A stretch of DNA of 63,899 bases, the filler included, from Octopus bimaculoides (lineage: Eukaryota): NCBI RefSeq assembly GCF_001194135.2. It is 9 parts of 9 records of this genome, joined end to end, with 100 filler letters (N's around TTAATTAATTAA, not from the genome) between each part and the next. Parts side by side here need not be neighbours in the genome. Positions count along the whole stretch, not along the records: positions 35,015 to 47,394 come from NC_069002.1; positions 47,495 to 54,975 come from NC_068985.1; 7 more parts are not named here. One strand, written 5' to 3'. The stretch's first letter is position 1. Each line of letters starts with the position of its first letter. Positions 36,806 to 50,399 of the stretch are shown piece after piece. The position numbers and the translations under genes were made by a program. The notes below the pieces were generated by a model. That model did no database searches. It saw only the letters and a list, made by a program, of their open reading frames with translations, and was not told where the DNA came from.

Positions 36806-37035
36806 CATGGCTGTGTGGTTAAGGAGCCTGGTTTCCAATCCTAGAGCTTTGGTTTCAGTCCCATCGTGCGGTACCTTATGCAAATGTATTCTATTATAGC
36901 CCCGTGGTGCTCAGAGCTCTGTGAATGACAGGAGTAAATACCAGACTTAATAAACAAGCGCTAGATCCGATTTCTTCGATTAACCCCGTCAAGGCCGTGC
37001 TACAGAATGGCCGCTGTTCAATGAGTGAATCAGAT
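36806..37035 (+). mobile_element. Family A SINE, head and tail without the central microsatellite
   Basis: TGGCTGTGTGGTTAAG...GGTTTCAGTCCC...TATTATAGCCCC then CCGATTTCTTCGATTAA...AGAATGGCCGC. Confidence 0.7.
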
Positions 37036-39286
37036 AAAACGTAAAAGATATATCTTCATGTCTGAAATTTCGTTCCGTCACAAAACCAAATTTGCTTTTT
37101 CATCCTGCATTTGTACATTGAAGATAGGAAACAATTTGCTTCCACGTAGACAATGAGACCAATAGTAACCGTTAAATTACCATGGGGAGCGAAGTTTCCA
37201 AAGTTTTGCAGAGAAGCTTTGGCTGAGATGATAGGTTATTTTTCCAAATAATACAAACCATGATAAAGCAGATCACTACAAGTCCGCTAGGGTTCTGTTT
37301 TTATCTTAAACCACACACACACACGCACGCATACACTCATACATACGTATATNNNNNNNNNNNNNNNNNNNNNNNNNNNNNNNNNNNNNNNNNNNNNNNN
37401 NNNNNNNNNNNNNNNNNNNNNNNNNNNNNNNNNNNNNNNNNNNNNNNNNNNNNNNNNNNNNNNNNNNNNTTTATCTTAAACCACACACACACACGCACGC
37501 ATACACTCATACATACGTATATACATGTATTAATATATATATATGCATACAGATATGATACCATATATAGGTATGTAGCTCTCATATCATCTCTGCGATT
37601 CACGCTCTTTATATATTCATATATAGACTTAAATATATTTATATACAAATATATATAAATATAAAAAAACATGCATACACACACATTCATATGCATACAC
37701 CTACATGTTAATACATATACATATGTGCGTGTATGTGTTTGTGTATAACGATATTCACGAGCGTTATATATACATATTTATATGGTGTGTGTGTGTGTGT
37801 GTTTGTATCGTGTGTGTGTGTGCGTGTGTGTGTGTCCTTGTATTGTTGTGTCACGCACTGCGAGGAGACCAATGTCTGGTTTGTTTACGTCCAGATAATG
37901 AAGCGGGTCGGCAAAGGAGCCGATAAAATAAGTACCAGACATACAAATAAGTACTAGGAACGCTTTATTTCTGTTGTTTTAATTCATACGGCCCACTCTT
38001 CGTTTATATACGAGCATACACACGTGTGCATACACCCATACACTGTTACTCTGACGAGCGCGTGTCGCCATACGCTTGAACTCACTGACACATTCATTTT
38101 CCGAAACTTTGGCGTTGCTGTTTTTGGTAGTGTTTTGAGTCACTCCTTTATTTCCACTTATCAATTCTACTTGACTTTTTACGGATTGTTTAGCTTTCCA
38201 ACATCCCTTCAATCACACACAAGCATCTACTTCCATCGCTTCCTTTTCTTATGAACTCGCCTCTCAAAATGGACAAGTTATGTCCTCACCACCCTTTTCT
38301 TTTCATACCAAGCGCATCACATCTGACATTTTGCTCGTCACAGTTATTTCTTCTCGGTGAGTTTTACCAGTATCTTCATTCCAAACATCTTTTCTACTTC
38401 ACGGATTTTAATAGTTTTCTACAAACCTCTAAACACTCTATCAAAGTTTCTGGTTACTTTACGATTGCTGAGCAATCTCTACCAATTTCGTTGGTTATTC
38501 TTCTCGTTAAAGAATTCAATGTTCTTTTCTCTCTTTTTCAAATTTCAGTTTAAACTCTCTTCTTTTTAAGCGTTCTCCCATTACTGCTTATTTGTGTAAT
38601 ACGTGCATTACACACTTACCTGTGTTATACGCTTGCATACACATCAATAACACGTTTCTCATAACTCTTGTCTTCCCATTCGTTTCACTTCGGCAATATG
38701 ATAATTCACACGCTTTCACACCTCGAAGCTATTATACACGCATGCCTAAACCACAACGCCAGTATATTTCTACAGTCGTACGCTTCTGTATGCACGTACC
38801 GTGTTAACACCACCATCGACCACCTATTTCCCTGCTTTCTGATTCTCGTGCACATCTATACAAAAGCTCTTTAATTCTTTCTAAACTTCCCTATAGAACA
38901 GCACTTCAACCAGTTTTCTGACCCTTCAAATGTATTTTTCTTTTTTCTGTCCATTAACTATTTAAATCCCTCCATCGTTCTTTCTTTCTTCCCATGACGG
39001 ACTGACGCCTGTGAACTTGAAACACTTTCGCTTTCCATTAAAGTGTTAAGCTAATACTTTATCTGCAAACTTTAGTCTTCCTACGTGGTTCTTTCTGTTG
39101 TTCATTGTATTTATTCCCATCACACACACGCACACACAAACACACACACACACGCTTGTGCACATACAAAATAAGATACGTGTGTCTGGATGTTAGGGGA
39201 GAATAGATAATAATTATCCGTTAAATGGAAACTGTCTGCATAAAACATTGCTAAAAAGTGACCGTAAGTACACATAGTGTATGCCA

Positions 39287-39505
39287 ATCTAAGGCAGCGA
39301 ATTGTCAGAAACGTTAGCGCGCCAGACAAAATGCTTAACGGAATTTCGTCCGTCATTATGTTCTGAGTTCAAATTCCACCAAGGTCGATTTTAATTACAT
39401 TCTTTCGGAGTCGATAAAATAAATCACCAGTTGAGTATTCGGGTCGACGTAATCGACTTAAATCCTCCACCGAAATTACTGGCTTTGTGTCAAAATTTGA
39501 AGCAG
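39287..39505 (+). mobile_element. Family B SINE
   Basis: AAGGCAGCGAATTGTCAGAAACGTTAGC...TTCTGAGTTCAAATTCC...TTCGGAGTCGATAAAATAA...AAAATTTGAA. Confidence 0.85.
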
Positions 39506-39559
39506 ATATTACATAAGATCTAAAACAATAGGAACCGTTTTGCTATGCAACATCAGTCC

Positions 39560-39830
39560 TTATCTTATCCAAAGCATTAGACTCAACTTACTCTTTTTGC
39601 TGAACTGTTAGGTTACGGGAACGTAAACACATCAACACCGGTTATCAAGCAGTGGTAGGGAACAAACAGAGACTCAAACACACACGCGCAGAGCCTCCGT
39701 CTACCAAAACCGCTTACAAAGCTTTGGTTGGCCAGAGACTATAGTATAAAACACTTGCCCAAGGGGACTGAACCCGGCACCGTGTGGTTGAAAAATACAC
39801 TTCTAACCGCACTGCCACTCCTGCGTCTAT
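39560..39830 (-). mobile_element. Family A composite SINE
   Basis: GTTACGGGAACGTAAACAC...CTACCAAAACC...CACTTGCCCAAGG...GCCACTCCTGCG. Confidence 0.8.
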
Positions 39831-40684
39831 GTCTCTATCTACTTAATAACTTTCATAATAATATATATTATAAAATTAAAACAGAATTTATAACTATTAA
39901 CTTCCTAATAATACTTTCACTCGGTATATTATTCCTCAATAATTTAATTGTTTATTCTTATTCATTCTAACACGTCCTAATGCATTACATTACTCTCAAC
40001 TAAATATCTTACATTACTGTTAAAACTAAATCTTTGAACAAGTGCATCCTATCTAAAAATCTCCTTGCAAACAATAACATGAATAACATTAATTTTAAAC
40101 AGGGGTTACATCCACTAATTCCCTATTGCTTTAATTCAATATCATTACATTTACTCAGCCTATCATGTTAAGATGATCACAAATCAACTATTCTAACTTA
40201 ATCAAATGTTATTATCATTTATCTAACTAATCTAATATTGATTCTTACTATGTGGAATTAGAAATTATTATTTTCCATTTTAATCTAAAATTTGATATTC
40301 TCAACTTTGTTGTATTATATAGTATTGCTATGTATTGTTTTGTATGAACACTTTATTATACTTTATCATGTTATATTTTATGTCTTTTAAGATATATATA
40401 TATCATTTGCAACGTTGCTAATGGTCTGAAATGTACTGTGTAAGCTGTTCTTCATATTAAATATTTAAGATACTGCTCCCTAATACGATAGATAACATTA
40501 TTTATTGTCATAAATGAACATAAAAATGCATGCACTAGGAATGAGTAATATACATATCGATACATACATACACACACATAGATATAGATACGAATGCATG
40601 CACATACATGTGTATATATATGCATGTACGTATGTATTTGTATAAATATATATCTATACAGATTTACAAATATATATGCATGTA

Positions 40685-40731
<47 letters not shown>

Positions 40732-41599
40732 ATGTATGCATTTATACATATACACACATATAAGAATACTATATACACGTACGTTTACATATATATGTAC
40801 TGATTCATGCATATACATATATATAAATACTTGCATGTACATATATATATATATATGCATACATGCATACATACTTACATTCAGATTCGAATAGATACAG
40901 ACACTTATACATACAGATATATGCCTATAGATATTTACATACCAATGCATACACAAATGCATTCAAATTCAGGAAAATATCTGATGGAGTTTTGCCAGAG
41001 CTTTTTTGTATGTTGGAAGAAAAGCGTCAAGGCCTAGCACTAAGTTCAACCTCATCTCATTCATTGCCGATGTTACATTTTCTTTCTCGTGCGATTTAAT
41101 GTTGGTGACACCTCCTCCGTGTAGAGCGGCAGTGTTGAAGAGCATCAGCTTTATTTATTTACATAAGTTGCAGTGGAGGTTAGGGAAAACACTGGACTTA
41201 TTTGATGTTTCAATTATCTATTTGGAGTATGCAAGCAGTGAGCTATCTTACCTTCAGACAATAGCCCTATATCACAAAGCAACGAATCGAATTCTAATGC
41301 AGAAATTTCGACGGCCTAAAGCTTCGTTTCTATATTTGATGCCCTGGCTACTAGGTCTTTCTTCTTCTATTCATGGAGACGGAAGAATCTATTTTCACTC
41401 TCTGAAAGTACGTTTTCTAAAGGAATTCCTAACCGTCATCCCTCAATCCATCCATTCTCTCCACCCAATATTCCTGGGGGTAAATCTTCCAGTACTTCTC
41501 TACACGGTTCTATCAGATGTAATTGTCAATACACTTTCTAGCTGGATTGCCAAATGTGACAAACTGAATCAATAGATATTATCCAACTATTTCGTTGTT

Positions 41600-41702
41600 G
41601 GTCTACCCATAGGTCCCCTGCCAATTGGCCTGGCTTGAAGAATGGGTTTTGTGATTCTTTCCTGTAAGTGGATTTTGTAGACGGAAACTGAAAGAAGCCC
41701 GT

Positions 41703-41745
<43 letters not shown>

Positions 41746-41992
41746 GGGGAGGGAATGTGTGTATCTATGTGTGAATGTCTTTGCATCTGTGTTTGTCTCT
41801 CCAGCACCGCTTCACAGCAGGTGTTGGTATGTTTATGTCACTAACGTAGCGGTTAGACAAAAAAGACCAATAGAATAAGTACTAGATTTTTTTAAAATTT
41901 CTGTTGTCGATTTGTTCGACTAAAACACTTTAAAGTTGTGCTCCAGCATGACCGCAGTGAAATTGACTGAAACAAGTAAAAGAATAAAAGAA
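41600..41992 (+). mobile_element. Family A composite SINE, 5'-truncated
   Basis: GTGGATTTTGTAGACGGAAACTGAAAGAAGCCCGTC-(TA)n-tail-(TAAAAGAA)n. Confidence 0.85.
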
Positions 41993-42039
41993 TATGTGTA
42001 CTATTTGTGTGTCACAGCTCGAAGGTGAATGTAAGAGCA

Positions 42040-42258
42040 GGGATTAGGAAATGACGTCGTATTTCCTGTCTTTCCTGTCGGTAGAAAACATTTTTTTCCA
42101 GCTTTACGTTCTGAGTTCAAATACAGCCGGCGTCGATTTTGTCTGCTATCCCTTCGGGGTCGAGTACAAGTATGATATGAATGCTGGGGTCGATGCAATT
42201 GATTAGCCCCTTCTACCAGAAATTTAAAGCCATGTGCCAGCTGTAGAAAGAAATATTA
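42040..42258 (+). mobile_element. Family B SINE
   Basis: TTCTGAGTTCAAAT...CCTTCGGGGTCGA...GCTGGGGTCGATGCAATTG. Confidence 0.75.
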
Positions 42259-42370
42259 TTAGTCTTCATAGTCACTGTAGTAGTAGTAGTAGTCATAAAT
42301 TGTGATAATCTGTGAATTTTAACTGCCATTTCTGCTGATATACTTCCACTTCCATATTACATATATACGT

Positions 42371-42443
<73 letters not shown>

Positions 42444-42536
42444 NNNNNNNNNNNNNNNNNNNNNNNNNNNNNNNNNNNNNNNNNNNNNNNNNNNNNNNNN
42501 NNNNNNNNNNNNNNNNNNNNNNNNNNNNNNNNNNNN

Positions 42537-42583
<47 letters not shown>

Positions 42584-43439
42584 CGGATATTAGAATTACA
42601 TAAAATAAACAAAAAGATCTGAAACAAATATCCATATATTTCGAAATATTTATTTCGGTCTTAGGCTCTCTGGTAATAATTTATTTCTTATCACACCTCA
42701 TGGCTGGCTCCAATAATGCAATTATTAATGGACACCAGAGCATAATTATATTTTCGATAGGAATATTTTGCTGTTAACATATACAATTGTAGTGAAATCT
42801 TATAGAAAAACAGTGAGTATATGTAGCATAGCGATGGCTGACTGTATAAAACTGTGGCTTTTTGCAATACGATGGTTGTTAATTCTTTATGAATACAGAA
42901 GCAGATAAATACTGCAGTTCATGATTTTCATCGATTTGTTTGTTTGATTTTTTTTCTTTTAGGTTTGACCTCATATATCATAGATAGGAAACATCGAGAA
43001 AGAGGTTAGGAATTGAAGGACAAAAGAAGAGGAAACAAATATAATGAAATATAAAAGCAAACATCGATAAAAATAAAAACGTCGATGCTGAGTCAAAATA
43101 AAGTATTGGATATGATATAAAACAAACAATATTCTCTGAGTGATTTGCCATAATTGTGTCTGTAACTATTGGTTTGAATATCTGGGAATATGTTGGTCAA
43201 TGATTAAGACATATCGAGGAGGTGTGTTTTTATACAAGAATAAACTACTATAACAACAGAAATGAGAAAGTAAAGAAAAGAAACAACTATTTGATATTTA
43301 ACATGAAAATATCATTTAGTTCCAGATTTGGACGTAACAATGGAGGAGGTGAAAACTTGTTCGTGGTCTTTTTTATTCTATTTATTTACTTATTTATTTA
43401 TTTGCTATTCGGGTTGTTATTATTTTTTGTGGTGTTTGT

Positions 43440-44045
43440 CGGTGAGTTGGCAGAATCATTAGGGCCTCGTACAAAACGCTTACAGGAATTTCTTCCGACT
43501 CTTTCTCTTACCGAGCTGCGACCACATCCTCTCCAGGTAAAATTTTCCCTTCATCCTTTTGAATTCGAAAAAAAAAAGGGCCAATGAAATACTGGGGCTT
43601 AATGGTATTTCTTTCGGTTTTAGGTTCTCAGTTTAGGTATCGCAGAGATCGACTTTGGGTTCCATAAAATAAGTACCAGTCAGGTAAGGAAGTCGATGCA
43701 ATCGACTTCCCCCTCTTACAAAACTGCTGACCCTCGATTATTGTTAAGGCAACGAACTGGCAAAATCTTTGCAACACCGAACAAAGTTCTCGGCGACATT
43801 TCTTCCGACTTTACGCTCTGAGTACGGATATTACCGAGGTCAACTTCGCCCTTAATCATTTCGGGTACGATAAAATAAGTCCCAGTTAGCTACGTTGTTC
43901 GATGTAATTGATCTACCGCCCCCCACCTTCCTTCAAAATCGGTTGGCACCCTGCCAAAATCCGAAGCCATTATTGTTAAGGAGGTGTGCTTGAAAAATCA
44001 TTGAGACACCTGACGAAATTCTCCGGTTTTACGTTCTGAACTCAG
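43440..44045 (+). mobile_element. Cluster of 3-4 head-to-tail family B SINEs
   Basis: Successive heads (GGTGAGTTGGCAGAATC, GGCAACGAACTGGCAAAATC, GGAGGTGTGCTTGAAAAATC); the latter two are preceded by ATTATTGTTAA. Confidence 0.7.
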
Positions 44046-44552
44046 ATATTCTTTTCTACTCTAGACACATGCCTTAATATGTTAATTCCGATAGAATTAA
44101 TATGTTAATTCCGGTGGACCTCCATGGTCATACGGATGGGAAGGCGGCTACAGCACGCATTGTGGAGAGTAGAGAGTAGGATGAAGAAAGTAAGACGTTT
44201 TGGTCGTCCACTACATTCGTTTCCGTTCACATTCTTCTTCACCTGATGTTGCCATTAGATTGATGGNNNNNNNNNNTCCACTACATTCGTTTCCGTTCAC
44301 ATTCTTCTTCACCTGATGTTGCCATTAGATTGATGGTCATTATACACAACTCGTTATACACAACTATACACTCACGTTCAAATCTATCATTATGTGTCAG
44401 TAAAGGTCCACTATATAATCGTAACAGTATCAATGTGCAATATAACAAGAGAATAGTTCTACATATTGCTTCTTAGCAAAAGCGGAGTTCAAAGAGGCCA
44501 AGAGATAGTTAACCATTATTCGATTAATAACAGAGACATCAACTCAGATATA

Positions 44553-44592
<40 letters not shown>

Positions 44593-44645
44593 CATATATA
44601 TATACAATATATATATATATATATATATACATACATATATATACA

Positions 44646-44676
<31 letters not shown>

Positions 44677-44691
44677 CATACATATACATAC

Positions 44692-44724
<33 letters not shown>

Positions 44725-46089
44725 CATACAAAAATACAGCAATATTAAAAAAAGATTTATAAATGATATTAACAATACGGACATATTAAAATACGAATAA
44801 CATTTATCTTATAAAGAAGTCAAATGTGTATATATGTATGTGTATATATGAATAACAATTTATGTTAAGTGTTTTCAATATTTTATGATGTATACATTCA
44901 TTTTATATAGCTTCTACTCATCCTAATATGAAGACAATAACTACGCGTAGCATATACACCCATCTACTCATTCTTAAAAGCATAGAATGTATTTTAATGC
45001 ATAAAATGTATCCGCCATGGGGATGTTCCAGCAAAAAATATATGTCAAAATAGAACTCTCCGGCAATTGCTAATACAACATTAGGATATTTCCATCAAGT
45101 ATAAAAAAAAAAAGAAAAAACAGAGAAATTCCGACCAGCCAATTCTGCAGCAAGTTTTCCATTCGCTCTTAAAAGCATTTCCCTATTCTATCTCACTGAT
45201 ATTCTTCGATAAGATTTCAATTTGAACTTTCCATTACATTGAACGCCTCAACATCTTTTTTTAAATCAACTAAATTAGGATAGCAGTAAATGTTTTATAA
45301 TAGACATATAATCATCAGTGGTTGGCTATTCGGAGGAAAATTCCGTGGCGTACGTATCAGTAGGATTACGTTCTTATAGGAAAAACTGGAAGCAAGATTT
45401 AGATGCAGAATGGATTGAGAGACTTGGCCTGGGTATGACTTTAAGCTGCATCTGGATGTGGAACTCTGGTTCAAGAGTTCCAGAGGTTTTGAGGAGTGTG
45501 GAATCACCTCTTAGCCACTATTGCTCCCAGATCTATTCGGAGTAGTAGCACGTGTCAGGATCTGAGATATGGATCAATTAGCATATTAAGACTTGCAAAG
45601 CAGGCAAACCTTAATATGTTAATTCCGGTGGACCTGGTGAACTCGGTTGAAGTAACCTCCATGATCAAAGTGATGGGAAAGCGGCTACAGCACGCACTGC
45701 GGAGAGTAGAGAAAAAGATGAAGCAAGCAAGCAAGACATCTTGGTCATCCACTACATCCGTCTCTGTTCACACTCGTCTTCGCCTGGTCTTTCCACTGGA
45801 TTGATGGCGGTTGCAGACGTGAGAGGGACGGTGATGGTGCGCAAATCTTCTTCACTTTAGACAAAATCATGAAACAGCTCGTCGGTCATACTTAAGGATG
45901 AGAATGAGAGGCATTATGAGAAGATATAAACCACTGACTAGCAGGCTAGAAGCGAACTATAGTAACATATTCCTGGAACCATTGCAAAATAATCGACGAA
46001 ATGAGCGGAAGAAGTCGGCACAACAAAACGACAACAAATGAATCTGTTAATATAATAAAATAACATCACATACATCGGTCACGATGACG

Positions 46090-46297
46090 AGGGTTATAGT
46101 TCATCCGATCAACAAACAAGGACAGACAAACGGATTAAGTCGATTACATCGACCCCAGTGCGTAACTGGGACTTAATTTATCGACCCCGAAAGGATGAAA
46201 GGCAAAGTCGACCTCGGCGGAATTTGAACTCAGAACGTAACGGCAGACGAAATACCGATATGCATTTCGCCCAGCGTGCTAACGTTTCTGCCAACTC
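46090..46297 (-). mobile_element. Young family B SINE
   Basis: Reverse complement TTGGCAGAAACGTTAGCACGCTGGGCGAAATGC...TTCTGAGTTCAAATTCCGCCGAGGTCGACTTTGCCTTTCATCCTTTCGGGGTCGATAAATTAAGT; CpGs intact. Confidence 0.9.
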
Positions 46298-47076
46298 TCT
46301 GTCACGGGTCATTACTTTTGTGATGATAATTATTTCTAATTTAGGTACAAAACCAATAATGGTAAAGAGGAGTAGTTGGAGTTAGTCGATATCATTGAAT
46401 CCACTACTTGACTGGAACTTTATCGACTCCAAAGAAGGCGAAAAGAAAAGTTAATATCAGCCGGATTGCATCTTTGACTGAAAAAGATTAGAAAGAAATG
46501 GCGAAAAGCGTNNNNNNNNNNNNNNNNNNNNNNNNNNNNNNNNNNNNNNNNNNNNNNNNNNNNNNNNNNNNNNNNNNNNNNNNNNNNNNNNNNNNNNNNN
46601 NNNNNNNNNNNNNNNNNNNNNNNNNNNNNNNNNNNNNNNNNNNNNNNNNNNNNNNNNNNNNNNNNNNNNNNNNNNNNNNNNNNNNNNNNNNNNNNNNNNN
46701 NNNNNGGGGTCTGTGCATCTGTCTGTGTCTCTGTGTGTGTGTCTCTGTGTGTGTTTGCGTGCGGGTGTTTGTGTATGTCTTTGATCGTGCGTGTGTTTGT
46801 TTGCGAGCGTATGTGTGTGAGATTGTGCGTTTGTGCTTGTGAGCATGTGTGTATGTATGTGTTTGTGTGTGTGTGCGTGTGTGTGTTTGAAAGCGTGTGT
46901 GTATGTGCGTGTATTTGTGTATATTTGTGTATGGTTTGTACGTATTTGTGTGTGCTCATATATACCTTTGAGTGTGTATGTACGTCTGTATATATGCATG
47001 TCTGCTTGCGGATATCTGTCTATGAATGTGTGTGTATGTGTGTTTGAATGTTTGCACTATGCTTGCGTAGATATGT

Positions 47077-47115
<39 letters not shown>

Positions 47116-47495
47116 TGTGTGTATGTGCGTTTGTGTTTGCATGTGTATTTGTGTATGTTTGCATGTATGCATATATGTATGTTTGTACGTATGCATGTAC
47201 GTTTGAGTATATTTATCTATATGTGTATGTGTTTGAAAAATCAATAGTACTATTCATATACAATACCATTAGATATTTCATATGAAAGGTTCCGATTCTT
47301 GTCTTGAAATGTGGTGGAATATTCATTTCTATTATGTTTTAATACATTCAAAGAAATATCGACCTTTCATAATAACTAAGTGATAACTCTTCCGNNNNNN
47401 NNNNNNNNNNNNNNNNNNNNNNNNNNNNNNNNNNNNNNTTAATTAATTAANNNNNNNNNNNNNNNNNNNNNNNNNNNNNNNNNNNNNNNNNNNNT

Positions 47496-47650
47496 ATACG
47501 ATGGGATTCTTTCAGTTTCCGTCTACTAAATCCACTCACAAGGCTTTGGTCAGCCCGAGGCTATAGCTGAAGACAGTTGCCCAAAGTGTCACGCAGTGGG
47601 ACGTATACCCGAACAATGTCGTTGAGAAGCAAGCTTCTTACCACATAAAT
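47496..47650 (-). mobile_element. Family A SINE head
   Basis: TTCTTTCAGTTTCCGTCTACTAAATCCACTCACAAGGCTTTGG...TTGCCCAAAGTG. Confidence 0.85.
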
Positions 47651-48653
47651 ACGCCGGCAATGCAACACAGTACAAGCTTTCCTTCGCCCACTTTCTTTGT
47701 TAAATTGCTAGCATTGCCGATATTCAAACGTAAATCATTCATTAAGTAGTTTTGTAAGATACATATTTTGCGTATTCCGTTTAGTCGATTATTGTTGTCA
47801 CAAAGTCCTCTTAACCTTCTGCCTCTGGCAAACTTTTGTCAGAATAAAATTCCTGAAGAGGTTTCCATTCCAAATACGGTATTGCTAAGGTACAACTTCC
47901 GCTTGTGAAAGAGAAACTATCGTGAAGATCTTTAGTGATAAGCCTGCGAATGGAAGTTAATCGTACTTGTCTTCCGTTTTGCGCTCCTCTCTTCCTGGGG
48001 AGCTTCCCGTTTAGCTAAACGGATGTAAGTATGTGGTTAAAGTAATTGAAGTATTTCTTTCAAAACATAATATTAGATAACTATAGTATCTAAAGTGTAC
48101 TATTGACATACAAATAGGTGTGCTTCTAACTATCTTTCTATATCTATCAATGTATTTGATCATTTGTAACTGCGTATTCATCAGTATTTGATAGGAGTTT
48201 GTTTGTCTTTTAGTATATCGAGCTATCTATTTGTATATTCACAAATAGAGATGATTTACAGATTATGCTTTTATGCATACACGGTATAAATAACGATTTT
48301 CTATCGGTTGGCAGATTTATGTCTATAGACACACAGATCAGCAAACAATTTCTTCGCTGAAACTATAAACGAAGCCACGTGCTTGGACAGAGTCAAAAAT
48401 CCGGAGTACTTCTGTCTGAGGAGGCACAATATGGCGGGATACAGACATTTTAGAATCCTCTCTGCCAGTGAGTCACGTGTGATGAACACACTATCGTCGT
48501 AAAAGAGGGAGGGTTATATCCTTTGAGGTGCATTGTATCGTTCACCATATTACGTGTCTGAACCTACCAAAACATTTTAAGAATAAATATGCAAATAATT
48601 AATCCAGATATGTACACGGTGCAAATAACAATTTTATATATATATATATATCT

Positions 48654-48721
<68 letters not shown>

Positions 48722-49014
48722 NNNNNNNNNNNNNNNNNNNNNNNNNNNNNNNNNNNNNNNNNNNNNNNNNNNNNNNNNNNNNNNNNNNNNNNNNNNNNNN
48801 NNNNNNNNNNNNNNNNNNNNNNNNNNNNNNNNNNNNNNNNNNNNNNNNNNNNNNNNNNNNNNNNNNNNNNNNNNNNNNNNNNNNNNNNNNNNNNNNNNNN
48901 NNNNNNNNNNNNNNNNNNNNNNNNNNNNNNNNNNNNNNNNNNNNNNNNNNNNNNNNNNNNNNNNNNNNNNNNNNNNNNNNNNNNNNNNNNNNNNNNNNNN
49001 NNNNNNNNNNNNNN

Positions 49015-49048
<34 letters not shown>

Positions 49049-50191
49049 GGGACCTAGCACGTGCTACTACCTCGGGTCAAACAAAGAGGTGGTTCCCCAC
49101 TCCTCAAACTCGAGAACTCCCATACCGAATATAGTTTCAAGTCCTACCCAGGATATACATACTTATATACATGCATGCATACATACTTACATTGATCATA
49201 CATTCATACAACCATACATACAGTCATGCACGCATACACACCTGCATGCATGCATGCATGCATACAAACATACATAGATATATAGATATATATATATATA
49301 CATACTTACGTATACATACATACATTCATTCATACGTATGTTCTTACGTACATACATACATACATACATACATACATACGTATATGAGAGATGAACTCAA
49401 GCGGGGTAAAGAATTGTGAACGAGTGATTTAAGTTCATTGTTCTTTAAAGAAATTCTATATAGCAATCTGTTATATCACTTACCTCTAGCTAAGAAACCT
49501 GATGATCTAATAGCAAACAGCTTTTGCTACGTACAATAATGTATCGTAATAAAACTGCCTGCAAATAGAATCGCAGTCATTTTCTTTCTCCTCTTCAAGA
49601 CGGGTCTATTCGCTGATGTTTTCAAAGTACATGTAATCCTAGCCTACCACCTTTGTTTCTTTCGACGCTCCACTCATACAATTTGACACACTTCGAGGAA
49701 TAATCTTCGTACAAAAATCTTGATAAAATTCCTAGATTTGACATTTTGTAGTTAGTGAGAATGTCAGTTTCCAAAATAGGCCAGTATCATTAACTTGATG
49801 TATTCCTTGGCATCGAAATTTGCAAGTGAATATATGATTCTCGGTGTATATGTATGCATGTATGTTTGCATGCGTGTTGGTTTAGTTCTTTGTTCTGATG
49901 GTCTAGATGGATAGTCTTTATTTGATCCTCCCACTGTCTCTCTGTCTTATTCTGTTTTTTGTACGCAAGGTACACATTTACAAAATGTATGCGTATATGC
50001 ATGTGTATGTATGTTTGTATTTATGTATGTATGTATGTATGTACATATACATATATATACATATACATATATATACATACATATATATATANNNNNNNNN
50101 NNNNNNNNNNNNNNNNNNNNNNNNNNNNNNNNNNNNNNNNNNNNNNNNNNNNNNNNNNNNNNNNNNNNNNNNNNNNNNNNNNNNNNNNNNN

Positions 50192-50345
50192 GGGCTTCTT
50201 TCAGTTTCCGTCTACCAAATCCACTCACAAAGCCTTGGTCGACCTGAGGCTATAGAAGAAAACACTTGCCCAAGGTGCTACGCTGTGGGACTGAATCCAA
50301 AACCATGTGGCTTGTAAGCAAGTTACTTACCACACAGCCACTTCT
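50192..50345 (-). mobile_element. Family A SINE head
   Basis: GGGCTTCTTTCAGTTTCCGTCTACC...CACTTGCCCAAGGTGC...ACCACACAGCCAC. Confidence 0.9.
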
Positions 50346-50399
50346 GCAAAAAAATCAGTAATTATACCCCCCCCCCCAAAGGAAAATCAAAAACCTCTC

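Noticed and set aside
37298-37520. Repeated TTTTATCTTAAACCACACAC...CATACGTATAT
   Set aside because: Exact duplicate across a gap; an assembly artefact.
44208-44338. Apparent tandem duplication of TCCACTACATTCG...GATTGATGG
   Set aside because: Exact repeat across a 10-N gap; an assembly overlap.
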